Source: Candidatus Omnitrophota bacterium
Lineage (GTDB): Bacteria > Omnitrophota > Gorgyraeia > JAHJTE01
Direction of reading: 5' to 3'
Length of the DNA: 64,000 bases
Assembly (NCBI GenBank): GCA_040753675.1
Contig: JBFMEB010000005.1
Span: 2,303 to 66,302, forward strand
Shown one piece after another: positions 8,642-18,490 of the stretch. Each line of letters starts with the position of its first letter. Position 1 is the first letter of the stretch. The notes under the pieces were generated by a model that saw only the letters and a list, made by a program, of their open reading frames with translations, did not search any database and had not been told where the DNA came from. Made by a program: the position numbers and the translations under genes.

Positions 8642-9259
8642 ATGCCAAATCCTCCATTAGAATTCTTAAAACCATCTACAGATTTAAGGAATCTTAAATT
8701 ATTGGAAGAAATCTCCAAAGAGGCTAAAATTTCGCAGCGAAAACTCGCCCGTCGCCTCGGAGTGGCCCTGGGAGTTACCAATGCCTGCTTAAAAAAGATG
8801 ATAAAAAAAGGCTTTATAAAAGTCAAAGGCATTAGTAATCGCCGAATTATCTATTATCTTTCGCCCAAAGGCTTTAGCGAAAAAACGCGTCTCACATATT
8901 ACTTCCTCCAACACACAATTTCTTATTATGTAAGTCTTAAAAAGAAGATTTATGAAAAGTTGCGATTGTTAGAGGCCGATAATGTCAAAAGGATTATTTA
9001 TTATGGTGCAGGTGAGGTTATGGAAGTCGCCTTTATTACTTTGCATGAAACTAACCTCGAACTTGTCGGAATAATAGATGATGATGGAGCCAAACATGGC
9101 AAAAAGAAGTTTGGATTTGTTATAAGTGCTCCAGCGATTATAAAGGAACTAAAACCCGATGCTATTTTTATTACCTCTTTAAAATTTAGAGATGAAATCT
9201 TGAATAATCTGGAAAATGACGAGTCGTTAAGGCAAATCAGACGATATTCATTAGATTAA
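8642..9259 (+). CDS. Winged-helix transcriptional regulator fused to a NeuD/PglD-N-terminal-like Rossmann (nucleotide-sugar/CoA-binding-like) domain
   Basis: N-terminal LEEISKEAKISQRKLARRLGVALGVTNACLKKMIKKGF is HTH-like. The C-terminal YYGAGEVMEVAFITL...VGIIDDDGAKHGKKKFGFVISAPAIIKELKPDAIFITS resembles the N-domain of NeuD/PglD/WbaP-type enzymes. Confidence 0.55.
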   Translation: MPNPPLEFLKPSTDLRNLKLLEEISKEAKISQRKLARRLGVALGVTNACLKKMIKKGFIKVKGISNRRIIYYLSPKGFSEKTRLTYYFLQHTISYYVSLKKKIYEKLRLLEADNVKRIIYYGAGEVMEVAFITLHETNLELVGIIDDDGAKHGKKKFGFVISAPAIIKELKPDAIFITSLKFRDEILNNLENDESLRQIRRYSLD

Positions 9260-9293
9260 AATAGTTTCATATAAACGAAAGAGAGATTAAAAA

Positions 9294-10436
9294 ATGAAAA
9301 TTCCTTTAATTGATTTAAAAAAACAATATCGCAGCATTAAAGAAGAAGTAAATGAGGCAGTTCTGCAGGTTTTGGAAAGCGGCTCTTTTATCTTAGGCGA
9401 AAACGCAGAAGCACTAGAGGAAGAATTTGCCTACTTTTGTAAGGTAAAATACGCTGTAGGCGTTGCTTCTGGCACTGATGCTTTGGAGCTATCCTTGAGA
9501 GCTTTAGGCATAGGCCAAGGCGATAAAGTCATTACTACCCCCTTTACATTTATCGCTACCACAGAGGCCATCGGTCAGGTAGGCGCAACGCCAATATTTG
9601 TTGACATCAATCCAGAAACTTATAATATTGATCCTAAAAAAATAACCGAATATTTACTCGGAATTACGAATTTGCAACGTCAAGCCATAAAGGCTATAAT
9701 TCCAGTCCATCTTTATGGCCAACCCTGCGATATGGATAGACTAATTAAAATTGCTAAAGATTATAACTTAAGGATAGTCGAAGACTGTGCCCAAGCTGTT
9801 GGTAGCGAATATAAAGGGGAAAAAGTTGGCTCCTTTGGCGATACGGGTTGTTTTAGCTTTTTCCCAAGTAAAAACTTAGGTGCTTATGGCGACGGCGGCA
9901 TGATAGTTACCAATGACGAAAAAGTTGCCCAACGTTTAAGAATGCTACGTGTTCATGGAAGTAAAGATAAATATCACCACATTAGCGAAGGGCGTAACAG
10001 CCGCCTTGATGAGTTACAGGCAGCCATCTTAAGGGTAAAATTAAGACACTTAAATAACTGGAACGAATCTCGGCGAAAAAATGCAGCTGCCTACAATGAA
10101 AATCTAGGTAAAGAAAACCTTAATGGCAAAGTCATATTGCCAAGGGAACTCATGGGAGCAAAACATACTTACCATCTCTATGTAGTAAGAGTCAAAGATA
10201 GAGATAGACTACGTAATTTTTTAGAATCGAACGATGTCCAGACAGGCGTCCATTATCCTTTACCCCTTCATCTTCAAGAGGTTAATAAGAACTTGGGTTA
10301 TAATAGAGGCGATTTCCCAACAAGTGAACTAATTTCCGATGAAATTATCTCGCTTCCAATGTATCCAGAACTTGATAAAGTAGCAATTAGTTATATTTCA
10401 GATTTAATTTCCAATTTTCTTAAGGAGAGAAGATGA
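9294..10436 (+). CDS. DegT/DnrJ/EryC1 family PLP-dependent nucleotide-sugar aminotransferase (WbpE-like)
   Basis: 380 aa with a sugar-aminotransferase fold and a strong AGGAG-type RBS. Reading it as an aminotransferase depends on the DegT lysine, which I did not locate. Followed by a Gfo oxidoreductase and an acetyltransferase. Confidence 0.85.
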   Translation: MKIPLIDLKKQYRSIKEEVNEAVLQVLESGSFILGENAEALEEEFAYFCKVKYAVGVASGTDALELSLRALGIGQGDKVITTPFTFIATTEAIGQVGATPIFVDINPETYNIDPKKITEYLLGITNLQRQAIKAIIPVHLYGQPCDMDRLIKIAKDYNLRIVEDCAQAVGSEYKGEKVGSFGDTGCFSFFPSKNLGAYGDGGMIVTNDEKVAQRLRMLRVHGSKDKYHHISEGRNSRLDELQAAILRVKLRHLNNWNESRRKNAAAYNENLGKENLNGKVILPRELMGAKHTYHLYVVRVKDRDRLRNFLESNDVQTGVHYPLPLHLQEVNKNLGYNRGDFPTSELISDEIISLPMYPELDKVAISYISDLISNFLKERR

Positions 10437-11440
10437 TTACTTTAGCTCAAATTGGAGCAGGTGATTGGGGTCAGAACCACATCAGGATTTTTTCCGGTCT
10501 GAAGGATTGTTTCTTAAAGGTTTGCTGCGATAAAAGAAAAGATGTCTTGGAGAAGATAGGCACAATTTATAATAAGAGATTAAGATTAACTACAAATTTC
10601 CAAGACATTCTGCAAGATAATGAGATTGAAGCGGTGGTGATAGCAACTTCGGCTCCTACCCATGCCTTTCTGGCTATTGAAGCATTTTCAGCAGGCAAGC
10701 ATGTTTTTATAGAGAAGCCACTGGCCTTAACTTTAGAGGATGGAATAAAGATTCAAGAAGCAGCACAAAGAAATAAACGCATCCTTATGGTTGGCCATCT
10801 GTTACTTTATCACCCGGCAGTTTTAAAACTAAAAAGCTATATTGAAAGCGGCCAGTTAGGTAAAATTCTCTATCTCTATTCTACGCGTGTTAATTTAGGC
10901 AGGATAAGAGAAGAGGAAAGCGCTCTTTGGAGTCTGACCTCTCACGATATCTCTGTGGCCTTATTTCTATTAGATGATATCCCAGAGGAGGTCAGCGCTA
11001 AGGGTGACAGTTACTTAAGGAAGGGGATTGAGGACGTTGTTTTTATGACTCTTAGATTTAAGAATGATATCTTGACTCATATACACGCCAGTTGGCTTGA
11101 TCCGCACAAGATGAGAAAGTTTACTGTGGTAGGTTCTAAGAAGATGGCAGTTTTTGATGATATGCAACCCTCTGAGAAGATACGTATTTATGATAAAGGC
11201 GTTGACCGCAAAGTAGATTATAAGACTTACGCGGAATATTTAGCCCTGCGCGATGGAGATATTAACATTCCTCGCATTGAAATGAAAGAGCCTTTGCAAA
11301 TTGAATGTCAGCATTTTCTGGATTGTATTATGAATAATCATAAACCAATAACCAATGGAGAGAATGGCCTAGAAGTTTTGAAAGTTCTGTCTGCTGCCCA
11401 AAAATCATTAGAGGCAAATGGTGACTCCGTTAAAATTTAA
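10433..11440 (+). CDS. Gfo/Idh/MocA family NAD-dependent nucleotide-sugar oxidoreductase (WbpB/GnnA-like)
   Basis: [17 protein letters not shown]ossmann N-terminus, [11 protein letters not shown] and [11 protein letters not shown] motifs. Confidence 0.85.
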   Translation: MITLAQIGAGDWGQNHIRIFSGLKDCFLKVCCDKRKDVLEKIGTIYNKRLRLTTNFQDILQDNEIEAVVIATSAPTHAFLAIEAFSAGKHVFIEKPLALTLEDGIKIQEAAQRNKRILMVGHLLLYHPAVLKLKSYIESGQLGKILYLYSTRVNLGRIREEESALWSLTSHDISVALFLLDDIPEEVSAKGDSYLRKGIEDVVFMTLRFKNDILTHIHASWLDPHKMRKFTVVGSKKMAVFDDMQPSEKIRIYDKGVDRKVDYKTYAEYLALRDGDINIPRIEMKEPLQIECQHFLDCIMNNHKPITNGENGLEVLKVLSAAQKSLEANGDSVKI

Positions 11441-12038
11441 TAGAAGGAATAAAACAAGAAATTATTTTGTACATAAGTCTGCATATATAGATGAAGGGGC
11501 TGTTATTGGAAACGATACTAAGATATGGCACTTCAGCCATATTATGAGTGGCGCAAGAATAGGAAAAAAATGTAAACTCGGACAGAATGTTTATATAGGG
11601 CCTAATGTAAAAATAGGCAATAATGTAAAAATACAGAATAATGTGTCGGTTTATCCTGGTGTTACGCTGGAAGACGATGTCTTCTGTGGCCCTTCCACAG
11701 TTTTTACTAATATTATTAATCCGCGTTCAGCTATTAATCGAAACAACGAAGGTTTTTTTTTAAAAACCCTGATTAAAAAAGGCGCAAGTATCGGAGCAAA
11801 TGTGACTATAGTCTGTGGCCATATCATTGGTGAATATGCGTTTATAGGAGCGGGGGCAACGGTTACCAAAGATGTTTTACCATATTCATTAGTTTATGGC
11901 AATCCTGCACGCCATAAAGGCTGGATATGCGAATGCGGCGAAAAATTAGGATTTAATGGAGCAAAAGCTACCTGCCAAGAGTGTAAAAAGCAATATAGAA
12001 AGATAAAGGATAAAGTTAAAAGGATAAAAAAAGCGTAA
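11418..12038 (+). CDS. Hexapeptide-repeat (LbH) sugar N-acetyltransferase, WbpD-like, with C-terminal CxxC...CxxC zinc ribbon
   Basis: Repeating [LIV]GxxxxI hexapeptides ([32 protein letters not shown]) and a C-terminal CECGEK...CQEC. Confidence 0.8.
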   Translation: MVTPLKFNRRNKTRNYFVHKSAYIDEGAVIGNDTKIWHFSHIMSGARIGKKCKLGQNVYIGPNVKIGNNVKIQNNVSVYPGVTLEDDVFCGPSTVFTNIINPRSAINRNNEGFFLKTLIKKGASIGANVTIVCGHIIGEYAFIGAGATVTKDVLPYSLVYGNPARHKGWICECGEKLGFNGAKATCQECKKQYRKIKDKVKRIKKA

Positions 12039-12079
12039 TTCTTCGTTGTTTTTAAATATCTTCTATTAAGGAGGCTAAA

Positions 12080-13054
12080 GTGGATTGGTCTAAAAAAGTA
12101 ATTTTGTTAACTGGTGGGACAGGTTCATTTGGGCAGAAATTTACTGAAGTCATGCTTAAAAAATATAGACCCAAAGTTATAAGAATTTTTAGCCGCGATG
12201 AATTGAAACAGTGGGATATGGAGAAAAAGTTTAATAACCATAGACAGTTAAGATTTTTCATTGGCGATGTTCGGGATAAAAATAGATTAGAGCGTGCAAT
12301 GGATGGAACTAATATTGTAGTACACGCTGCTGCCCTAAAGCAAGTACCTTTATGTGAATACAATCCATTTGAGGCAGTGAAAACAAATATTCTTGGTGCT
12401 CAAAATGTTATCGAAGCGGCTATTGATCATAACATAGAAAAAGTTATGGCGATAAGCACAGATAAAGCAGTAAATCCTGTGAATTTATATGGTGCAAGCA
12501 AGATGTGCATGGAAAAACTATTTATTGCTGCAAATGCTTATGTGGGATCTAAAAGAAAGACAAAGATGTCCTCTGCCCGTTATGGGAATGTAATAGGCAG
12601 TAGAGGCAGTATCATTCCATTGCTTAAGGAGCAAAGGTTAAGCGGAACAATTACGATTACGGATAGAAGGATGACACGTTTCTGGATTACGCTTGAACAT
12701 GGCGTAGAATTTGTAATTCAATGCATAGAAAAAATGCATGGAGGCGAGGTATTTGTGCCAAAGGTACCTAGCATGAGGATTATGGATTTAGCAAAGACAA
12801 TCGCTCCAAGATGTAAAATAAAATATATTGGAATACGTCCAGGTGAAAAAATTCATGAATGTCTGCTGACTGAGGATGAGTCGGGGCATGCATTGGAATA
12901 TAAGGATTTATTTGTAATCATACCTGATCATCCATGGTGGTCTTTTGATAATTGGAAGGATGGAAAGAAGCTTTCTCAGGGATTCAAATATACAAGTGAT
13001 TCAAACCCTCACTGGTTAAACGAAAAGGAATTACTCAAGATGATAGAGGAGTAA
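12080..13054 (+). CDS. pseB: UDP-N-acetylglucosamine 4,6-dehydratase (inverting), PseB/FlaA1-type short-chain dehydratase
   Basis: VILLTGGTGSFGQKF, 324 aa, Polysacc_synt_2-like, with catalytic Y..K (YGASKMCMEK). Followed by a pseC-like gene. Confidence 0.82.
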   Translation: MDWSKKVILLTGGTGSFGQKFTEVMLKKYRPKVIRIFSRDELKQWDMEKKFNNHRQLRFFIGDVRDKNRLERAMDGTNIVVHAAALKQVPLCEYNPFEAVKTNILGAQNVIEAAIDHNIEKVMAISTDKAVNPVNLYGASKMCMEKLFIAANAYVGSKRKTKMSSARYGNVIGSRGSIIPLLKEQRLSGTITITDRRMTRFWITLEHGVEFVIQCIEKMHGGEVFVPKVPSMRIMDLAKTIAPRCKIKYIGIRPGEKIHECLLTEDESGHALEYKDLFVIIPDHPWWSFDNWKDGKKLSQGFKYTSDSNPHWLNEKELLKMIEE

Positions 13055-13055
13055 G

Positions 13056-14207
13056 GTGAGATTTATACCATATGGTCATCATACAATAGGTAGAGATGAT
13101 ATACGTGCCGTAGTAGATGTATTGAATTCTGATTGGATTACTCAAGGTTCAAAGATAGGAGAATTTGAAGATGCTGTCTGTAAGTATACGGGTGCAAAAT
13201 ATGCGGTAGCAGTAAATTCAGGGACAGCAGCTCTTCATGCAGCCAGTTTTGCTGCCGGTATAAAATGCAAAGATGAAGTTATTACATCTCCAGTAACTTT
13301 TCTGGCTACAGCAAATTGTATAGTTTACCAGAAAGCCAAACCTGTATTTGCAGATATCAATGCCAATAGTTTAAATATAAACCCTGAAGAGATAGAGAGA
13401 AAAATAACTCGTAGGACAAAAGCTATAATCGCCGTTCATTTCGCAGGTTTTCCTTGCAATATGGATAAGATTTTAAGTATTGCAAAGAAGAACCGGCTTA
13501 TTGTTATTGAAGATGCATCACATGCTTTGGGTGCGCAATATAAAGGCAGAAAGATTGGGTCAATTGGCAATATGACTACCTTTAGCTTTCACCCTTTGAA
13601 GTCTATTACTACAGGTGAAGGCGGAATGATATTAACTAACAATAAGAAATTATATACTCGTTTACTCTGTTTTAGAAATCATGGGATAGTAAAGAATAAA
13701 AAGAAGTTGCGCAAGATCGGTCCTTGGTATTATGAGATGCAGAATTTAGGTTATAATTACCGGATTACTGATTTTCAATGCGCATTAGGTATAAACCAAC
13801 TGGCAAAATTAGATAAATTTATTAGAAGGCGCGAAGAGATTGCCATTCGTTATAATGAATTATTTAAAGATATAGATAATTTTATAGAATTTCCTCAAGA
13901 AGTTCCAAATTATATTAAGCATGCCTGGCATCTTTATATTATTCAGTTAAGATTGGATAGGTTAAAAATAAGCAGGAAAAAATTTTTCAATATTTTGCGT
14001 AATAAGAATATTGGAGTTCAGGTGCATTATATCCCGATACACTTACAACCTTTTTATAAAAGAAATTTTGGTTATAAGAAGGGAGATTTTCCTCAGGCAG
14101 AGAGATTTTATGAAAGAGCAATAACTTTACCCATCTTTCCAGCATTGGCAAATAAAGATATAGACAGGATTGCTAAAACAGTTAAGAGTTTGGTGAAAAA
14201 TAGATGA
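13056..14207 (+). CDS. pseC: UDP-4-amino-4,6-dideoxy-N-acetyl-beta-L-altrosamine transaminase (PseC-like DegT aminotransferase)
   Basis: MRFIPYGHHTIGRDDIRAVVDVLNSDWITQG is the characteristic PseC N-terminus. The PLP lysine context is SFHPLKSI. Confidence 0.82.
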   Translation: MRFIPYGHHTIGRDDIRAVVDVLNSDWITQGSKIGEFEDAVCKYTGAKYAVAVNSGTAALHAASFAAGIKCKDEVITSPVTFLATANCIVYQKAKPVFADINANSLNINPEEIERKITRRTKAIIAVHFAGFPCNMDKILSIAKKNRLIVIEDASHALGAQYKGRKIGSIGNMTTFSFHPLKSITTGEGGMILTNNKKLYTRLLCFRNHGIVKNKKKLRKIGPWYYEMQNLGYNYRITDFQCALGINQLAKLDKFIRRREEIAIRYNELFKDIDNFIEFPQEVPNYIKHAWHLYIIQLRLDRLKISRKKFFNILRNKNIGVQVHYIPIHLQPFYKRNFGYKKGDFPQAERFYERAITLPIFPALANKDIDRIAKTVKSLVKNR

Positions 14208-15190
14208 GAGTATTAGTAATCGGTTGCGGATCAATAGGAGAAAGGCACATACAGAATTTAAGAAAATTAAAGATAGGGGAGATTTTAATATCCGACATAG
14301 ATAAGAAGAGACTTCTTTATGTATCAAGAAAATATAAAATTAGCCTCATATTTAATAATTTTAAGGATGCTTTAGAGAAAAAGCCTGATGCGGCAATAAT
14401 CTCTACGCCTCCCAATTCACACATCCCCATAGGGCTGGCAGTAGTTAATAGTGGGGTCCATGCTTTTATCGAAAAACCTCTTTCGGATAGACTAAAAGGA
14501 ATAGATGAATTTATTAAGGAATCAAAAAAGACAAAATTAGTAATTTTTATTGGGTATAATTTACGTTTTCATCCCGGCCTGCAGTTAGTTAGAAAAATCT
14601 TAACTAAAGGAACTATCGGCCGTATCCTTTGCGCCAGGGCAGAATTTGGGCAAAATCTTACCCAATGGAGACCTAATCAGGATTACCGGCGCAGTTATAG
14701 CGCTAAAAAAGCAATGGGCGGAGGGATTATTCTCGAATCTTCCCATGAATTAGATTATCTTTCTTGGCTAATCGGAGATATAAAAAATATTAATTGCTTT
14801 GCCAAAAAGGTTAGTACCTTAGAGGTAGATACTGAGGATACTGCCCAGATTCTGTTAGAGTTTAAGAGCGGTGTCATTGCCCAGGTTCATCTTGATTTTA
14901 TTCGCTATGATTATTCCCGTAATTGCGAGCTGATAGGAGACAAGGGGACGATAATCTGGGATTATTCCAAAAGTCAAGTCAAAGTCTATATTGCGGATAA
15001 AAAAAAATGGAAAATATTTAATGTAAACTTCAAACCGAATAATATGTATCTTGAAGAGTTGAGACATTTTATCAACTGCATCTTAAAAAAACAAAGGCCT
15101 TTAATTAGCGCAGAGGAAGGCAGAAAGATATTGAGAGTAGCTTTGGCAGCAAAAAGGTCTGCAAAAACGGGCAAAAAGGTCTCATTATGA
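14204..15190 (+). CDS. Gfo/Idh/MocA family oxidoreductase
   Basis: MRVLVIGCGSIGERH Rossmann, EKPLSD motif. 328 aa. Confidence 0.8.
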   Translation: MRVLVIGCGSIGERHIQNLRKLKIGEILISDIDKKRLLYVSRKYKISLIFNNFKDALEKKPDAAIISTPPNSHIPIGLAVVNSGVHAFIEKPLSDRLKGIDEFIKESKKTKLVIFIGYNLRFHPGLQLVRKILTKGTIGRILCARAEFGQNLTQWRPNQDYRRSYSAKKAMGGGIILESSHELDYLSWLIGDIKNINCFAKKVSTLEVDTEDTAQILLEFKSGVIAQVHLDFIRYDYSRNCELIGDKGTIIWDYSKSQVKVYIADKKKWKIFNVNFKPNNMYLEELRHFINCILKKQRPLISAEEGRKILRVALAAKRSAKTGKKVSL

Positions 15191-17244
15191 GAAAAGTCAT
15201 AGCAATAATCCAGGCAAGGATGGGTTCAAGCAGACTTGCGAATAAGGTATTAAAAGATATATCTGGTAAACCTATGCTCTGGCATGTAGTTGAGCGTACG
15301 CAGAGAGCAAAATCTGTTAACTTGGTTGTTTTAGCCACTTCTACCAATGTTTTAGATGACCCAATAGAGGAATTTGCCAAGAAGAACAACTTAAATATTT
15401 TTCGCGGATCGGAAGAAGACGTCTTGGATAGATATTACCGGGCTGCAAAAAAATTCAAGGCCGATATAGTTGTAAGGATTACAGGTGATTGTCCGCTAAT
15501 TCCTCCCGAAATCATTGATAAGGTAGTTAGGACTTTTCTTAAGGGCAAGTGCGACTTTGTTACTAATACAATCATCTACACCTATCCAGATGGTTGCGAC
15601 GTAGAAGTTTTTTCTTTTAAAGCACTTCTAAAATCTTGGAAAGAGTCTAGTGAGCCAATCGAGAGGGAACACGTTTCAGTCTATATTAGAAATTCTAATA
15701 GGTTTAAAATGAAAAACGTCAGGGATGAAACTTCGCTTGCTTCTGGAGCATACCATTGGTCTGTTGATAGAATTGAAGACTTGAAGTTTGTTAGAGAAGT
15801 ATATAAGCATTTATATAAAGATGGCAGGATATTTTCTTATGAAGATATCATTGATTTATTAAGACGACACCCTGAGATTAAAGAGATAAATAAGCAGGCA
15901 ATATCAAATGAGGGATATTATAGGAGTTTATTGAAGACACCTAAAATTAAACCAAAAAAAATAGCAATTAAAAAATCACTTTTGTTGAAAGATAAAGCAC
16001 GGAAGTTGATTCCCGGATGTAGCCAGACATTCAGTAAGGGCCCGTCTCAATTCGTGCAAGGGATCGCTCCTGTTTTTTTAGAAGATGCCAAAGGTTGTCG
16101 TGTTCGGGATGTTGATGGTAATGAATATATCGACTATGCTATGGCTCTCGGTCCGGTAGTTTTAGGTTACAACTATCCTTCCGTATCTGAGGCGGTTAAA
16201 AAGACTTTGGAAAAAGGCACTACTTTCACTCTGCCAAATAGATTAGAGGTGGAATTATCTGAAATTTTATGCGAGATAATTCCCTGCGCACAAATGGTCC
16301 GTTTTGGCAAGAATGGATCAGATGTAACTTCCGGTGCGGTTAGAGTTGCACGCGCCTACACAGGTAAGGATAAAGTTGCCTGCTGCGGCTATCACGGTTG
16401 GCAGGACTGGTATATTGCGACTACATCCAGAGATAGAGGCATTCCCGAAGCAGTGAAAAACTTAAGCTTAACCTTTGAATATAATAAAATCGAAACCTTA
16501 GAAAAAGTTTTTGCGCAAAATTTGAATCAGATTGCCTGCGTAATTATGGAACCTGTTGGAGTTATTGAGCCGAAAGATAATTTCTTAGAGAAGGTCAAGG
16601 AACTAACCCATAAAAATGGTTCAATATTGATATTTGATGAGGTTATTAGCGGATTCCGTTTCGCATTAGGTGGTGCAGGAGAATATTTTAATGTGATTCC
16701 TGACTTGGCGTGTTTTGGTAAGGCGATGGGGAACGGTTTTCCCATATCAGCGGTTGTAGGTAAAAAAGAGATTATGAAATTATTTGAAGAGGTATTTTAC
16801 TCTTTTACCTTTGGGGGTGAAATCGTTTCTATCGCTGCTGCTATAGCAACAATTAAAGAGCTAAGAAAAAAAAGTGTTATAAGATATCTTTGGAGTCAAG
16901 GAAGAAAAATAAAAGACGGATTCAATGTTTTGGTAAAAGAGTACAGTTTAGAAAATCACATGCAATGTAGAGGACTCCCCCCCAGAACCGTAATTACATT
17001 CAAAGACGAGAAAGGCGACGATGGTCTATTGTTAAAAAGTTTATTTCAACAAGAATGCATAGACAGAGGAATCCTCTTTACCTCTGCGCATAATATCTGT
17101 TTTAGCCATTCAGATAAAGATATTGATTATACCTTGCGAGTTTATAATACAGTTTTAGAAATAATTAAAGGAGCCGTTCTTAGGGGCAGAGTCAAAAAGA
17201 TGCTTAAAGGCGAGATGCTTAAGCCTATATTTAGAAAAGTCTGA
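15187..17244 (+). CDS. pseF: Fusion protein: N-terminal acylneuraminate/pseudaminate cytidylyltransferase (PseF/NeuA-like, CMP-sugar synthase) plus C-terminal class-III (GSA-aminomutase/HemL-like) PLP aminotransferase
   Basis: N-terminal VIAIIQARMGSSRLANKVLKDISGKPML (CTP_transf_3 signature) for about 230 aa, then a linker. Residues about 270-685 show an aminotransferase class III pattern (GYHGWQDWY, FDEVISGFR, ACFGKAMGNGFP with the PLP Lys). Confidence 0.8.
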   Translation: MRKVIAIIQARMGSSRLANKVLKDISGKPMLWHVVERTQRAKSVNLVVLATSTNVLDDPIEEFAKKNNLNIFRGSEEDVLDRYYRAAKKFKADIVVRITGDCPLIPPEIIDKVVRTFLKGKCDFVTNTIIYTYPDGCDVEVFSFKALLKSWKESSEPIEREHVSVYIRNSNRFKMKNVRDETSLASGAYHWSVDRIEDLKFVREVYKHLYKDGRIFSYEDIIDLLRRHPEIKEINKQAISNEGYYRSLLKTPKIKPKKIAIKKSLLLKDKARKLIPGCSQTFSKGPSQFVQGIAPVFLEDAKGCRVRDVDGNEYIDYAMALGPVVLGYNYPSVSEAVKKTLEKGTTFTLPNRLEVELSEILCEIIPCAQMVRFGKNGSDVTSGAVRVARAYTGKDKVACCGYHGWQDWYIATTSRDRGIPEAVKNLSLTFEYNKIETLEKVFAQNLNQIACVIMEPVGVIEPKDNFLEKVKELTHKNGSILIFDEVISGFRFALGGAGEYFNVIPDLACFGKAMGNGFPISAVVGKKEIMKLFEEVFYSFTFGGEIVSIAAAIATIKELRKKSVIRYLWSQGRKIKDGFNVLVKEYSLENHMQCRGLPPRTVITFKDEKGDDGLLLKSLFQQECIDRGILFTSAHNICFSHSDKDIDYTLRVYNTVLEIIKGAVLRGRVKKMLKGEMLKPIFRKV

Positions 17245-17263
17245 CAACATATTATTAGCCAAT

Positions 17264-17938
17264 ATGAACAAATTCGATGAATTAAGTTCCACTTATAAGT
17301 CTATATTAGATCACGATGTTAGATTTTCAGGTGAAAATGCCGAATATTTTGCCCTATATAAAGCTGAATATATAAAAAAATACCTCGGCAGTAATTTTAG
17401 AGGCCGCATTTTGGATTATGGGTGCGGCGTGGGCCTTGTTATAAAATTTCTGAGATCTCTTTTTGACAAGAAATATGTAGAAATAATAGGGTTTGATAAT
17501 TCGTTAGCTTCCATAAAACAATGTCGCAACTACATAGAAGGTGCTAGATTTACAAGTAATGATACTGATTTAGAACAAGAATTTTTTGATACAGTAATTA
17601 TGGCTAACGTCCTACATCATATAGATATAGCTGAAAGAGGCAAGATTTTAAAAAAGGCTATCACATTTTTAAAGAAAGGCGGTTATATTTTTATTTTTGA
17701 GCACAATCCTTACAATCCTATAACTAGAATGGTGGTAAAATCATCTCCCATCGATGAGAAGGCATCGCTGGTTAGTGCCAGGGATATTATGAGATTGTTA
17801 CGAAGTCTCTATATTGATATTCATAAAAAACGGTATATAGTATTCTTTCCAAGATTACTTAAAAAACTTAGGTTTCTTGAGCCAATAATGGGCTATATCC
17901 CCATAGGTGCGCAATATGTTTATGTGGGGCAAGTATAG
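17264..17938 (+). CDS. Class I SAM-dependent methyltransferase
   Basis: Motif I ILDYGCGVGL. 224 aa. Confidence 0.75.
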   Translation: MNKFDELSSTYKSILDHDVRFSGENAEYFALYKAEYIKKYLGSNFRGRILDYGCGVGLVIKFLRSLFDKKYVEIIGFDNSLASIKQCRNYIEGARFTSNDTDLEQEFFDTVIMANVLHHIDIAERGKILKKAITFLKKGGYIFIFEHNPYNPITRMVVKSSPIDEKASLVSARDIMRLLRSLYIDIHKKRYIVFFPRLLKKLRFLEPIMGYIPIGAQYVYVGQV

Positions 17939-17980
17939 CAATTCGAGTTAAGTGTTGTACAAAAATATTGGAGAGATGAA

Positions 17981-18427
17981 ATGAAAAAAATGTTGGTTCT
18001 TAATGGGCCAAATCTTAACATGTTCGGTAAGCGGGATCCCTCGTACTACGGTACCATCACCTTAAAGGAAATTAATGAGAAGATCGAGGAATTAGCCCTG
18101 GAACTCGGGTTTGCGGTAGAATGCTTCCAAACAAACCATGAGGGGATAATGGTGGAAAAAATACACGGGATCCGAGAAGAAGATGTTGATGCCCTGATTA
18201 TCAATGCTGGGGCGTGGACCCATTACAGCTACGCCATCATGGATGCTTTGGCTATCATTAAAGTGCCGATCATCGAGGTGCATATGTCTAATATTCACAC
18301 TAGGGAGGTATTTCGGCATTATTCAGTAATTGCGCCGCTGGCGAAGGGGCAAATCACTGGATTCGGGCTGAACAGTTATCTATTGGGCTTGAGAGCTGCA
18401 TGGGATTTGATCAAAGATAATAAATAG
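17981..18427 (+). CDS. aroQ: Type II 3-dehydroquinate dehydratase
   Basis: MLVLNGPNLNMFGKRDP...HMSNIHTRE, canonical type II DHQase, 148 aa. Confidence 0.9.
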   Translation: MKKMLVLNGPNLNMFGKRDPSYYGTITLKEINEKIEELALELGFAVECFQTNHEGIMVEKIHGIREEDVDALIINAGAWTHYSYAIMDALAIIKVPIIEVHMSNIHTREVFRHYSVIAPLAKGQITGFGLNSYLLGLRAAWDLIKDNK

Positions 18428-18490
18428 CACGCGTCATAATGACGTTTAGTTAGATAAATTTTAGTCAATATCAAAAAGAGAAAGGTAGCA

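Noticed and set aside
18432-18444. 13-nt near-perfect palindrome CGTCATAATGACG after aroQ
   Set aside because: Could be an operator half-site pair. It is too short, and without a second occurrence or an adjacent regulator gene I cannot support a call.
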